64,000 nt of DNA from Bacillota bacterium (GTDB taxonomy: Bacteria > Bacillota > Desulfotomaculia > Desulfotomaculales > JBFMEU01): positions 5,633-69,632 of the forward strand of contig JBFMEU010000002.1 in the NCBI GenBank assembly GCA_040753155.1. Direction: 5' to 3'. The notes beneath the pieces are model-generated. The model did not search any database, was not told where the DNA came from, and saw nothing but the letters and a program-made list of their open reading frames with translations. The position numbers and the translations under genes were made by a program. This document shows positions 47,557-56,913 of the stretch, one piece after another; the first letter of the stretch is position 1, and each line of letters begins with the position of its first letter.

Positions 47557-48807
47557 TTGGAGAGGTTATGCATAGAAGGCGGGACACCCCTAAAGGGGCG
47601 GGTGCGGGTCAGCGGTGCCAAAAACGCCGCGCTGCCCATGATTGCAGCCTGTCTGCTGGCTGATTCACCCTGCAGGCTGGAAGAAGCGCCCGACCTGGCT
47701 GACGTGCGTACCATTTGCACAGTTATAGAAAGCCTGGGCGCCCGGGTTGAACGGGATAAAGACGCCTTGATCGTAACACCCTCCGAGACACTGGCCACCG
47801 AAGCGCCTTACGAATTTGTGCGCCGGATGCGGGCCTCCTTTCTGGTGATGGGGCCAATGCTGGCCCGGAGGGGCCGGGCTACGGTATCGGTGCCCGGGGG
47901 CTGCAACATCGGCGCCCGGCCCGTTGATTTGCACCTGAAGGGCTTCCAGCTGATGGGTTCCGCCATCCGCCACGGCTACGGCTGCATTACAGCGGTGACC
48001 GAGCAATTGGTGGGCGCCCGGATTTACCTGGACTTTCCCAGCGTCGGGGCCACGGAAAACATCATGATGGCGGCCACCCTGGCCAAAGGCATAACGGTAA
48101 TTGAAAACGCGGCCGAGGAGCCCGAAGTGGTTGACCTGGCCAACTTCCTCAACGCCATGGGCGCCAAGGTCAAAGGGGCCGGCACCAAAGTAATCCGGAT
48201 TCAGGGTGTGGACCGCCTGGAGGGAACCACCTACGCCATCATCCCCGACCGGATTGAGGCGGGCACCTACCTGACCGCCGCGGCCATCACCGGCGGCGAT
48301 GTGCTGGTGGAAAACGTGATTTGTGACCACGTCAAATCGGTAGTGGCCAAGCTCAAAGAGGCCGGGGCAAAAATTCACAGTGAGGGTGACGGGCTAAGAA
48401 TAAGCTGTGTCAACGGAATCAAGCCCGTTGACCTCAAGACCATGCCGTACCCCGGCTTTCCCACCGATATGCAGCCCCAGCAGATGGCTCTGCTTACCCT
48501 GGCCGGGGGCGCCAGCATGATCACGGAAACAGTGTTTGAAAACCGCTATCTGCATATTAATGAACTCAAGCGGATGGGGGCGAAAATCAAGGTGGTGGGC
48601 CGCAGCGCCATTGTCCAGGGCGTGCCGGAACTCTACGGCACGCCGGTAAAGGCCACGGACCTGCGGGCCGGGGCCGCCCTGGTGCTGGCCGGCCTGGCCG
48701 CCCGGGGCGAGACGGAAGTGGGCCAGTTGGAGCACATTGACCGGGGCTATTACCGGCTGGAGGAGAAACTGCAGGCCCTGGGGGCCAAAATCACACGGGT
48801 AAAGTAA
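47557..48807 (+). CDS. murA: UDP-N-acetylglucosamine 1-carboxyvinyltransferase
   Basis: [22 protein letters not shown]...; 416 aa. Confidence 0.95.
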   Translation: MERLCIEGGTPLKGRVRVSGAKNAALPMIAACLLADSPCRLEEAPDLADVRTICTVIESLGARVERDKDALIVTPSETLATEAPYEFVRRMRASFLVMGPMLARRGRATVSVPGGCNIGARPVDLHLKGFQLMGSAIRHGYGCITAVTEQLVGARIYLDFPSVGATENIMMAATLAKGITVIENAAEEPEVVDLANFLNAMGAKVKGAGTKVIRIQGVDRLEGTTYAIIPDRIEAGTYLTAAAITGGDVLVENVICDHVKSVVAKLKEAGAKIHSEGDGLRISCVNGIKPVDLKTMPYPGFPTDMQPQQMALLTLAGGASMITETVFENRYLHINELKRMGAKIKVVGRSAIVQGVPELYGTPVKATDLRAGAALVLAGLAARGETEVGQLEHIDRGYYRLEEKLQALGAKITRVK

Positions 48808-48852
48808 CCAAGTATTTCCGACGTCCGGCGACTGACGTCCGGCGTCCACGGA

Positions 48853-49803
48853 GTGATCTTAATGCGCAAGCTGTTAGTTGGATTGACCCTGCTAATCATA
48901 GCAATCTATTTTAGCCACCCCTACCTGGTCAACTGGCTGGGCGGGCAATTTGTCCGCCAGGCCGGGCCGGAAATTAAACTGTACCTGCACGAGGAAGACA
49001 GAATAATTGAACTGCCCCTGGAAGAATACCTGGTGGGGGTGGTGGCGGCGGAAATGCCGGCCGGGTTTCCCGCCGAGGCGCTGAAGGCCCAGGCCGTGGC
49101 GGCCAGGACCTACGTCATGAAGCGGGTTAACGGCGGCGGGGTGAGCAATTCCCTGCACTCCGGAGCCCATGTGTGTGACGACCACCGGCATACCCAGGCC
49201 TGGATTTCCCGGGAAGAAATGCGCGAGCGCTGGGGGATGCTGCGCTATTACGACTACTACTACAAGATCCGCCGGGCGGTGGACGAAACCGCCGGCGAGG
49301 TGATTGTTTACCAGGGGGACCTGATCGACCCGGTTTACCACTCCTCCTGCGGCGGGCACACCGAAAACTCGGAGGATGTCTGGAAGTTTGCCATTCCCTA
49401 TTTGCGGAGTGTTGCCTGCCCTTACAACGCCGACCCCAATCCGGAGCGCACCGCCGGCTTTAGCCCGGCCCAGCTGGATCAAGCCCTGGGCACAAGCCTG
49501 GTTGCGGTGCCGGCGCTCAGTAAGGCCTTGGAGGTAACCGAGCGCACCTCCACCGGCCGGCCCAAAACCGTGCGCCTGGGTGATCAGACAATGCCGGCCA
49601 CTGTTGTCCGGGAGCGGCTGGGCCTGCGGTCCACCAACTTCACCTGGGACCTGGACGGCGACAACATAACCTTTGCCACCACCGGCTACGGCCACGGGGT
49701 GGGGCTGTGCCAGTACGGCGCCAAGGGCCTGGCCCAAAAAGGCGGCGACTACCGTGAAATCCTGACCCACTACTACACCGGCGTAAGCATCGTCAAGCAG
49801 TAA
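48853..49803 (+). CDS. spoIID: Stage II sporulation protein D
   Basis: LEEYLVGVVAAEMPAGFPAEALKAQAVAARTY...YHSSCGGHTE. Confidence 0.9.
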   Translation: MILMRKLLVGLTLLIIAIYFSHPYLVNWLGGQFVRQAGPEIKLYLHEEDRIIELPLEEYLVGVVAAEMPAGFPAEALKAQAVAARTYVMKRVNGGGVSNSLHSGAHVCDDHRHTQAWISREEMRERWGMLRYYDYYYKIRRAVDETAGEVIVYQGDLIDPVYHSSCGGHTENSEDVWKFAIPYLRSVACPYNADPNPERTAGFSPAQLDQALGTSLVAVPALSKALEVTERTSTGRPKTVRLGDQTMPATVVRERLGLRSTNFTWDLDGDNITFATTGYGHGVGLCQYGAKGLAQKGGDYREILTHYYTGVSIVKQ

Positions 49804-49913
49804 AAAAGCAGCCTGACCACTTTCTGCAATTATGCCATTAAAAGTTCAACACGGCATAAATAGTCAGGTAAATGGCCACAATATACCTATATGCAAAAAT
49901 GGAGGTGTAAAAA

Positions 49914-50750
49914 ATGTGGCCGTTTAACGATAATCTGCGCAATCAAGACGGCGGGAGCAAATACCGGGAATGGCTCCGGCGCTGGCTGCTGAGTGGCTGG
50001 TTCCGCTATGTGGCAGTGGGAACCCTGGCGCTGATATTGGTAACCAGCCTGATCTGGGCCGCGGTGATGACCTGGGGGCCGGCCGGAGTGATCAAAACTA
50101 TCCCGGAACTGCCGGTGGTGGAAGATTTTGATCCGCAGGTACCGGCGGACTCCATCCTGGACCGGTTGGATGACGCCCTGGACAACACAGGCGCAGAGGA
50201 GCAGCCGCCCAACAGTACGGCAGTGGATGTGCCGCCCGAACTCCCGGCCCCGGCCCCGGACCCCGCGGACAACCCCGGGTTGAAGGGCCCCGCGGACAGA
50301 TCCGTGCCTGAGCCGGGTGCTCCGCCTGCGGAGGATACGACGGCAGCCGGCATTCGGGCGGGATCCATGGAGAAGCCGCTGGCCGGGGAGCAGTCGGCCG
50401 GCTACGGCCTGGTATTTTCCGAGAACTTTGGTGATTACCGGTTCAACCCCGGCCTGGACCTGGTGGCTGAGGCCGGTACCGCCGTCAAGGCCGCCCTGGA
50501 GGGACGGGTCAAATCCGTCACCAGGCAGCCCTACCAGGGCTACACGGTGATCCTGGACCACGGCGCCGGCTGGACCACCACCTACGCCGGCCTGGAAACC
50601 GTAAAGGTGGAAGAAAACCAGGCAGTGCAGACCGGCGCCCTGCTGGGTATGCTCCAGGCCCATGACCATGACGGTCTGCAGGGCAGACTGCAATTTGTTA
50701 TGGCCCGCAACGGCGAACCCGTAGACCCGGAGCCTTATTTACTGGATTAG
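49914..50750 (+). CDS. spoIIQ: SpoIIQ-like membrane protein with degenerate LytM/M23 domain
   Basis: N-terminal TM, Pro-rich linker. In the M23 core, the HxxxD His is replaced (NPGLDL). Position between spoIID and spoIIID. Confidence 0.6.
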   Translation: MWPFNDNLRNQDGGSKYREWLRRWLLSGWFRYVAVGTLALILVTSLIWAAVMTWGPAGVIKTIPELPVVEDFDPQVPADSILDRLDDALDNTGAEEQPPNSTAVDVPPELPAPAPDPADNPGLKGPADRSVPEPGAPPAEDTTAAGIRAGSMEKPLAGEQSAGYGLVFSENFGDYRFNPGLDLVAEAGTAVKAALEGRVKSVTRQPYQGYTVILDHGAGWTTTYAGLETVKVEENQAVQTGALLGMLQAHDHDGLQGRLQFVMARNGEPVDPEPYLLD

Positions 50751-50887
50751 ACACATAAAAGACACGCGAAAGACAAAGAGAAAAGTATGCCCTTTTTGTG
50801 GTATTGTTAATTCGCTAAAACAACCATACCAGATAAGGAGCATACTTTTTTTATGATTATAGCATACGAACCGTTCCCGTGTCTTTA

Positions 50888-52237
50888 TTACAATTGTTTC
50901 AAAGAAATTCCGATCAGTTTATCTGCATAATCCGTCATAAACAGCGGAATATTCAGCAGATCATCATCCAGGCGCAGGTTGTTCAGCGAAAAACGGACAC
51001 GAAGCTTGACCTTATCACCGTATTTCTCTTTAAACTTCTTTATACTCTTGCTTTCTACATTGCTCTCCGATTTTACCTCAATAGGCAGAATATCATTTTC
51101 CCGCTGTATTAGAAAATCCACTTCATAACGAGGATTATCCATCGTCCAATAACGCGGCATGGCCTCAAACTGGTTTCTCAGTGCTTGCAGTACATAATTC
51201 TCACTAAGTGACCCTTTAAACTCTACAAACAGACGATTGCCTTCGCTGAAGGCAGATGGCGCCAAAAGGGACAAACGGCGCAAAAGTCCCACGTCTACCA
51301 GGTAAAGCTTGAAGGCAGACAGATCGTCATAGGCTGAAATTGGCAGCCCCGGAGCAGTGCTGCGGTAGATTTTATAAGTCAGGTTTGCATCACACAGCCA
51401 TTGCAATGCATTCTCATATTCTCTAGCCCTGGCACCTTCCTTGACTACTTTATAGATAAACTTCTTATTCTCTCTCGCCAGCTGAGAAGGTATGGACTTC
51501 CATATTAGCGAAATCTTTGGGAAATCTTTAGGATCCGGACGCTTGGCAAAGTCCCGTTCATATGCCCCTAATATATTAGAAAGTACCTGCTGCATAAGCT
51601 CCACATCCCGGTCTTCCGTCCAGGAACTGACGGATTCCGGCATCCCACCGGTGACAAAATACATCTTCAATTTTTCATATAGGGGATTGAAAAAAGCCTC
51701 TGGAATGTTTTCAATGCTATCCATGCTGTTCATGTAGTTAACAAGATTATCGTCACCATTGGCCCTTAAAAACTCGGTAAAGGTCATGGGCCCAATTTCT
51801 AAAAAATCGACCTTGCCGACAGGGAAGGAGGCAGGCTTTGACAGGGCAATGCCTAAAAGCGAACCAGCACAGGCCACGTGATACTCCGGTGTATTCTCGC
51901 AGAAATATTTGAGTGTATTTAGAGCATTGGGACATTCCTGAATCTCGTCAAAAACAATAAGTGTTTCCTCAGCCTTAACTGTTTGACCGCTTGCCATCAT
52001 CAGGTTTTGCAGAATGCGATCGACATCCTTCGTCTTTTCAAAAAACTGCTTGTATTCCTCATGCTCATCAAAGTTAAAATAAGCAATACTTTTATAATAA
52101 CGCCGGGCAAATTCCTTGAGCACCCACGTCTTGCCCACCTGACGCACTCCTTTTAAAAGGAGGGGTTTGCGGTGTTTAGATTTTTTCCATTGCAGCAAAT
52201 CCTGCAAAATCAGTCTTTCCACAGCGACACCTCCCAT
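50888..52237 (-). CDS. AAA-family ATPase with C-terminal DUF4143-type domain (low-GC cassette)
   Basis: Walker A GVRQVGKTW, Walker B LIVFDEIQ. 449 aa, typical AAA_14 + DUF4143 layout. Confidence 0.75.
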   Translation of the reverse strand: MGGVAVERLILQDLLQWKKSKHRKPLLLKGVRQVGKTWVLKEFARRYYKSIAYFNFDEHEEYKQFFEKTKDVDRILQNLMMASGQTVKAEETLIVFDEIQECPNALNTLKYFCENTPEYHVACAGSLLGIALSKPASFPVGKVDFLEIGPMTFTEFLRANGDDNLVNYMNSMDSIENIPEAFFNPLYEKLKMYFVTGGMPESVSSWTEDRDVELMQQVLSNILGAYERDFAKRPDPKDFPKISLIWKSIPSQLARENKKFIYKVVKEGARAREYENALQWLCDANLTYKIYRSTAPGLPISAYDDLSAFKLYLVDVGLLRRLSLLAPSAFSEGNRLFVEFKGSLSENYVLQALRNQFEAMPRYWTMDNPRYEVDFLIQRENDILPIEVKSESNVESKSIKKFKEKYGDKVKLRVRFSLNNLRLDDDLLNIPLFMTDYADKLIGISLKQL

Positions 52238-52580
52238 GTTATCACATAATTATACATATTTCACGTTAATAAATCACATTTTTATATATATAGTATACCC
52301 AACTGACTATCAAAAAGTCAATACATCACAAAAAAGACCTGGGAACGGTTCTTAAAGGGTTCAATTAGAAGTTTTGCGTAAAATAAGGCTCAAATACCAG
52401 GTAACCCCTGGCATTTGAGCAACAGCCTCATACATGGTAATTATCGGATTCAGTTAAAACAGTCTTTACGATTCTTGTAAGAGGATATAATATCGGCGAT
52501 CACATTTATGTAAATTTTTTGCTCTAGACGAACCACTATAACAAGCCCACTGTTCAAGTAAACAGTGGGCTGGAAAATAA

Positions 52581-52602
52581 GGGGACGGTTTAACCGTCCC
52601 CC
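52581..52602 (-). terminator. Short D-type hairpin acting as terminator of the DUF4127 gene
   Basis: ggggacggtttaaccgtcccc. On the minus strand it is followed by ttatttt. Confidence 0.55.
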
Positions 52603-52608
52603 TGTCTT

Positions 52609-54228
52609 TTATTCAAACTCTATCTCGAACAGCCTCAGCCAGGGAAAGGCAACACCATCAACCGGAACCTTACTGCCAAAGGAGGGCTCCAGGTTTTGGG
52701 CCGCAAACTCCTGGAGCAATAGTTCCGCTTCCCGGGCCAGTTGGCGCTCCAGGGCCGGGTCAAGGAGGCTGGTGGTGGTGAGGTCATGCTTCTCCATTAG
52801 CACAGGCCTTACCACGGCCTGGTAGCCCCAGTCGTCAATATAGCGGGTCAAAAGGCAGCGTTGGTGAAGCTGTTGCCGCGCTTCGTCCAGTTGGCCCAGT
52901 TCCAGCAGCCCGGCGTAAATGCTGCCCAGGGCCAGGGCGGCGCCGATGCTGTTGCCGGCGGTGTTCCACCCGGCGTAGCCGGCCAGATCCGCCAGCAGGC
53001 CATTAGCGGCCAGGGCCTCCATCAGGGCGGGCTCGGCCCCGTTGGCCCGGGCCACGTCAGCCACCGCCACCGGCAGCCCCCGGGCCAGCAGTTCCGCTGC
53101 CAGCCCGGCGGTAGCGGCAGGTACTGTCTTTCCCGGAAACTCTTCCTGCCACGCCTTTTCCACCGCTTCGTCCCGGGGGGCGTTCACAGCCAGTGCCAGG
53201 TCAGCCTCCTCCGGCGCAGCTGCAACCCGGCCGCCCAGGGAATTGATGTGAGCCTCAATATTCTCCCCCAGGGGCACATCCTCATACCGGGGCGTCACTT
53301 CTTCCGCCCCCGGAAACCCGTAGCCTGTATATACCCGGGGCGTCAGATTATGCAGGTCGTTGAAGGCCCGGGCCAGCAGCATAAACCCCAGTTCGTCCGC
53401 CCCGGGATAGGTGGCCGCTGCTTCCTCCAGTCCTTGCTCCGCAATTAATCTTTCCACCTCCCTGGCTTCCCGGGATGAATAGCCATAGGGGTAGCAGTCG
53501 TCCCGGCCGATTACCAGGTAGTCCAGAACCTTTGCCCCGGCCAGTTGCGTAAACTCATGGCGCACAATTTCATTATTCTCCCGCCTGGTAAGATAGTCCG
53601 CCAGATATTCCCCGGGAATTTCCCCCTGCAGCCGGGCCAAATCCCTCAATTCCTCCTCAGAGGCCAGCCCTAGATCCGCCCGGTGCTCAAGCACCCCCAG
53701 CTTAAAAATTTTTTCTCCGTACAGCCGGTAATAGTCCGCCTCCTCCGCTGCCCGGGATGATGCCGCCGAGCGCAGTACCGTGGCAAAGGCATATACCGGT
53801 CCGTCTATGCTTTCAGCTAAATCCTGCGCCATGCCCACCCGCCTGGCCAGCACATCCGGGGCCAGGCTGTGGGTGCGGGAGGCCGCCAATCCGCCGTATA
53901 CCAGCATGTCCAGGGACAGGATAGCCCCGTCCACACCGTCGCTGTTCTTCTCCACCCACGGCCAGAGTTTTTCCACCGGCGCCCGGCGACCTTCACCGCT
54001 CAATAATTCCCGGGGCGGCGCAACCAGGCGGATGCCGGCCAGCCGGGCCATTTCCGCTGCCTGCAGGCGGTTGACCGGCCGGTCGTCCAGGGGCACATAA
54101 AGGAAAACCGGGCCGCCATACTCCGGGGCGCTCCGGGGCAAGCACCCTAAAACCAGGGCCGGCAGCAGTAAGAGGGCCGGCAGTAGCGTTAACAGTTTAA
54201 ATCTCCGGCTTTTGTTCAAGAAAGCCAC
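52609..54228 (-). CDS. DUF4127-family protein with lipoprotein-type signal peptide
   Basis: LLLPALVLGC lipobox and YVPLDDRPVN, the DUF4127 N-terminal motif. 539 aa. Confidence 0.6.
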   Translation of the reverse strand: MAFLNKSRRFKLLTLLPALLLLPALVLGCLPRSAPEYGGPVFLYVPLDDRPVNRLQAAEMARLAGIRLVAPPRELLSGEGRRAPVEKLWPWVEKNSDGVDGAILSLDMLVYGGLAASRTHSLAPDVLARRVGMAQDLAESIDGPVYAFATVLRSAASSRAAEEADYYRLYGEKIFKLGVLEHRADLGLASEEELRDLARLQGEIPGEYLADYLTRRENNEIVRHEFTQLAGAKVLDYLVIGRDDCYPYGYSSREAREVERLIAEQGLEEAAATYPGADELGFMLLARAFNDLHNLTPRVYTGYGFPGAEEVTPRYEDVPLGENIEAHINSLGGRVAAAPEEADLALAVNAPRDEAVEKAWQEEFPGKTVPAATAGLAAELLARGLPVAVADVARANGAEPALMEALAANGLLADLAGYAGWNTAGNSIGAALALGSIYAGLLELGQLDEARQQLHQRCLLTRYIDDWGYQAVVRPVLMEKHDLTTTSLLDPALERQLAREAELLLQEFAAQNLEPSFGSKVPVDGVAFPWLRLFEIEFE

Positions 54229-54247
54229 TCCCTGAAAAAGATATTTG

Positions 54248-54448
54248 GTTATTATTCAGGTATTCAGAATTCAGGAGTCAGGATTCAGAATGGACCGTAT
54301 AGCTCATACTTCGGAAACGCCATGGTTGAACGATAAACGGCAAGTACGAACAGGCGCGCCTTCTGCCATGCCAGTAAATCTTCAAATGTTTTCGCTGGTT
54401 TTCTCATTCTGACTCCTGACTTCTGACTCCTGACTCCTGAGTAGTTAC
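54248..54448 (-). repeat. H element copy H9 (40-codon ORF remnant with the apparently ancestral VYRST codons)
   Basis: The reverse complement encodes MRKPAKTFEDLLAWQKARLFVLAVYRSTMAFPKYELYGPF*. Arms are ctcaggagtcaggagtcagaagtcaggagtcagaatg and cattctgaatcctgactcctgaattctgaatacctgaataataac. Confidence 0.9.
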
Positions 54449-54616
54449 GATACTTGTCATATTTCGCGCCGGGCGCCCTGGATACCTGCCGGGAAAAGCA
54501 GCCTGTCCCCCTTATTTCCAATTGATGTTTACCAGTTCAGCGAATTAATTGCGGCCTGGCGCATATACATTTATTAGCTTAAATCCAAGCCCCAATAGAT
54601 TCGGGGAGGTAAGGCG

Positions 54617-54871
54617 ATGCAGGAGTACATCCAGAAGCGGGTGCTGGAGATCTGCGCCTATATCCTGGAAACCCAGGCCACGGTACGGCAGGCCGCCCAT
54701 GTATTTCAGGTGAGCAAAAGCACCGTACATAAGGATATGACAGAAAGATTGCCCTCCTTGAACAAAGAAATGGGCCGGGAAGTGAAGTTTGTTCTGGACC
54801 GCAACAAGGCGGAGCGGCACCTGCGCGGCGGTGAGGCAACCCGCAAGAAGTACAGGGAGACCACGGGGTAA
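54617..54871 (+). CDS. spoIIID: Sporulation transcriptional regulator SpoIIID
   Basis: IQKRVLEICAYILETQATVRQAAHVFQVSKSTVHKDMTERL. Confidence 0.92.
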   Translation: MQEYIQKRVLEICAYILETQATVRQAAHVFQVSKSTVHKDMTERLPSLNKEMGREVKFVLDRNKAERHLRGGEATRKKYRETTG

Positions 54872-55021
54872 AAAAATTGCGCTTGCTGGAGGAATTTGTC
54901 CCCAAAGGTAGAATATTACCAACGTCCGGTCCGTTAGACGGACCGGAGTGCCGGCAGTCTTTGCCGGGCACTCCCGCCGTGCTGCGGGACAGGCCGTAAG
55001 GCCCGAGGAAAGGGGATAATT

Positions 55022-56071
55022 ATGCTCCAGTTTAGTTCTGATATAGGGATAGATCTGGGGACAGCGAATGTAATCGTGTATGTGCGGGGCCGGGGCATTG
55101 TGCTGCGGGAGCCCTCGGTGGTGGCCCTGGACAAGCGGAGCGGAAAAATTATTGCGGTGGGCGATGAGGCCCGGCGCATGCTGGGGCGCACCCCGGGCAA
55201 TATCGTTGCCACCCGCCCCCTGCGGGACGGTGTGATAGCTGATTATGACGTAACAGAAAAAATGCTGCGCTATTTTTTGGCCAAGGCCGGATGCAAAAAG
55301 CTGTTTTTCAGGCCCCGGGTCATGGTTTGCATCCCCTCGGGGGTCACCGGGGTCGAGGAGCGGGCCGTCAAGCAGGCCGCCGTCCAGGCCGGGGCCAGCA
55401 AGGCTTACGTGATCGAGGAGCCCGTGGCCGCGGCCCTGGGGGCCGGGCTGGACATAGCCCGGGCCGCCGGCAGCATGGTGGTGGACATTGGCGGCGGCAC
55501 CACCGACGTGGCGGTTTTAGCCCTGGGGGGCATGGTTGCCACCAGGTCCATCCGGGTGGGGGGCGACAAGTTCGATGAGGCCATTGTGAAATATATCCGC
55601 AAGGAATTTAGTCTGGCCATCGGCGAGCGGACGGGTGAGGACATCAAGATGGAAATAGGCACGGCCGTCCCCGGGGAAAACGGCAGCCGCACCTATGAGG
55701 TCCGGGGCCGGGACCTGGTGACGGGGCTGCCCAAGGCCGTTACCATATCCAGCGCCCAGTGCTACGAGGCGATCAAGGAAAACCTGGAGGCCGTGGTCGG
55801 GGTGGTTAAGGAAGTCCTGGAGCACACGCCGCCGGAGCTGTCTGCGGATATTGTCGACCAGGGCATTGTCATGACCGGGGGCGGCGCCCTGTTGTACGGG
55901 ATAGACAGGCTAATAAGCAGTGAGACCGGGCTGCCGGTGTATGTTGCCGATGACGCCCTTTCCTGTGTGGCGGTGGGGACGGGCAGGGCCTTGTCCATGC
56001 TGGGAGTGCTGAATAACAAGCAAGCTGCAACCAGAAGACGCAGGCCGATTTTCCGTTATAACGCCAACTGA
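55022..56071 (+). CDS. mreB: Rod-shape-determining protein MreB/Mbl
   Basis: DIGIDLGTANVIVYVRGRGIVLREPSVVA...VVDIGGGTTDVAV. Confidence 0.93.
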   Translation: MLQFSSDIGIDLGTANVIVYVRGRGIVLREPSVVALDKRSGKIIAVGDEARRMLGRTPGNIVATRPLRDGVIADYDVTEKMLRYFLAKAGCKKLFFRPRVMVCIPSGVTGVEERAVKQAAVQAGASKAYVIEEPVAAALGAGLDIARAAGSMVVDIGGGTTDVAVLALGGMVATRSIRVGGDKFDEAIVKYIRKEFSLAIGERTGEDIKMEIGTAVPGENGSRTYEVRGRDLVTGLPKAVTISSAQCYEAIKENLEAVVGVVKEVLEHTPPELSADIVDQGIVMTGGGALLYGIDRLISSETGLPVYVADDALSCVAVGTGRALSMLGVLNNKQAATRRRRPIFRYNAN

Positions 56072-56082
56072 GTTGCGGGCAC

Positions 56083-56137
56083 GGACAAGGGGACGGTTTT
56101 GTCTCACCTTTGGTGAGACAAAACCGTCCCCTTGTCC
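56083..56137. repeat. D palindrome D6
   Basis: ggacaaggggacggttttgtctcaccttt​ggtgagacaaaaccgtccccttgtcc. Confidence 0.9.
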
Positions 56138-56312
56138 GCCTTCTAGTGAGCAGTGGGCAGTATTTCCCGCTATTTTTTTATTGTATTGTTCTTGCTCATA
56201 ACTTACAATGTTTGTGGTTGGAAAGGTTGCGATGATTTAATTGTATATATTCAGTGAAACCGGTGTTAAGGCACTGCGGTATCACCGCTCGCTCCAGTGC
56301 TCCGCGCAGAAG

Positions 56313-56425
<113 letters not shown>

Positions 56426-56667
56426 GGGTGCTGTTACCGGCTATGCTGCGTCGTTCGCTAACGATAACGCCGTGCCTCCACCTGGTTTGCTGAATGCTTA
56501 CATTTAATTACAGTGCTAAAGCGGCTTCACCCCCGCGGGGCAATTTGAGGGCACTGGAGCTGTAAGTTGAATTTTTAAGGGGGATTCGTAAGTATCAAGT
56601 AGCAGTTACGAGGAAATTGCTTCCTGGCGGGAACGAAACAGGCGCCTTAATCGTCTATACAATAGGA

Positions 56668-56880
56668 GTAACTACTCAGGAGTCAGAAGTCAGAAGTCAG
56701 AAGTCAGGAGTCAGAATGAGAAAACCAAGGTTCTGTTGAAGAATGCCGATATTACTTGATGCTTACGAAGGATCTTGGATACGGTGATATTTACGAAACA
56801 AAACTTCTCTAATTGCTGGAAGCATATTCTCGGGTCATTCTGAATACTGACTCCTGAATTCTGAATACCTGAATAGTAAC
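56668..56880 (+). repeat. H element copy H11 (internally deleted, same deletion type as H2)
   Basis: gtaactactc(aggagtc/agaagtc)x4agaatgagaaaaccaaggttctgttgaagaatgccgat...ggaagcatattctcgggtcattctgaatactgactcctgaattctgaatacctgaatagtaac. Confidence 0.9.
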
Positions 56881-56913
56881 CAATAGGATGCTATTGTATT
56901 CAAGAACAAAGGG

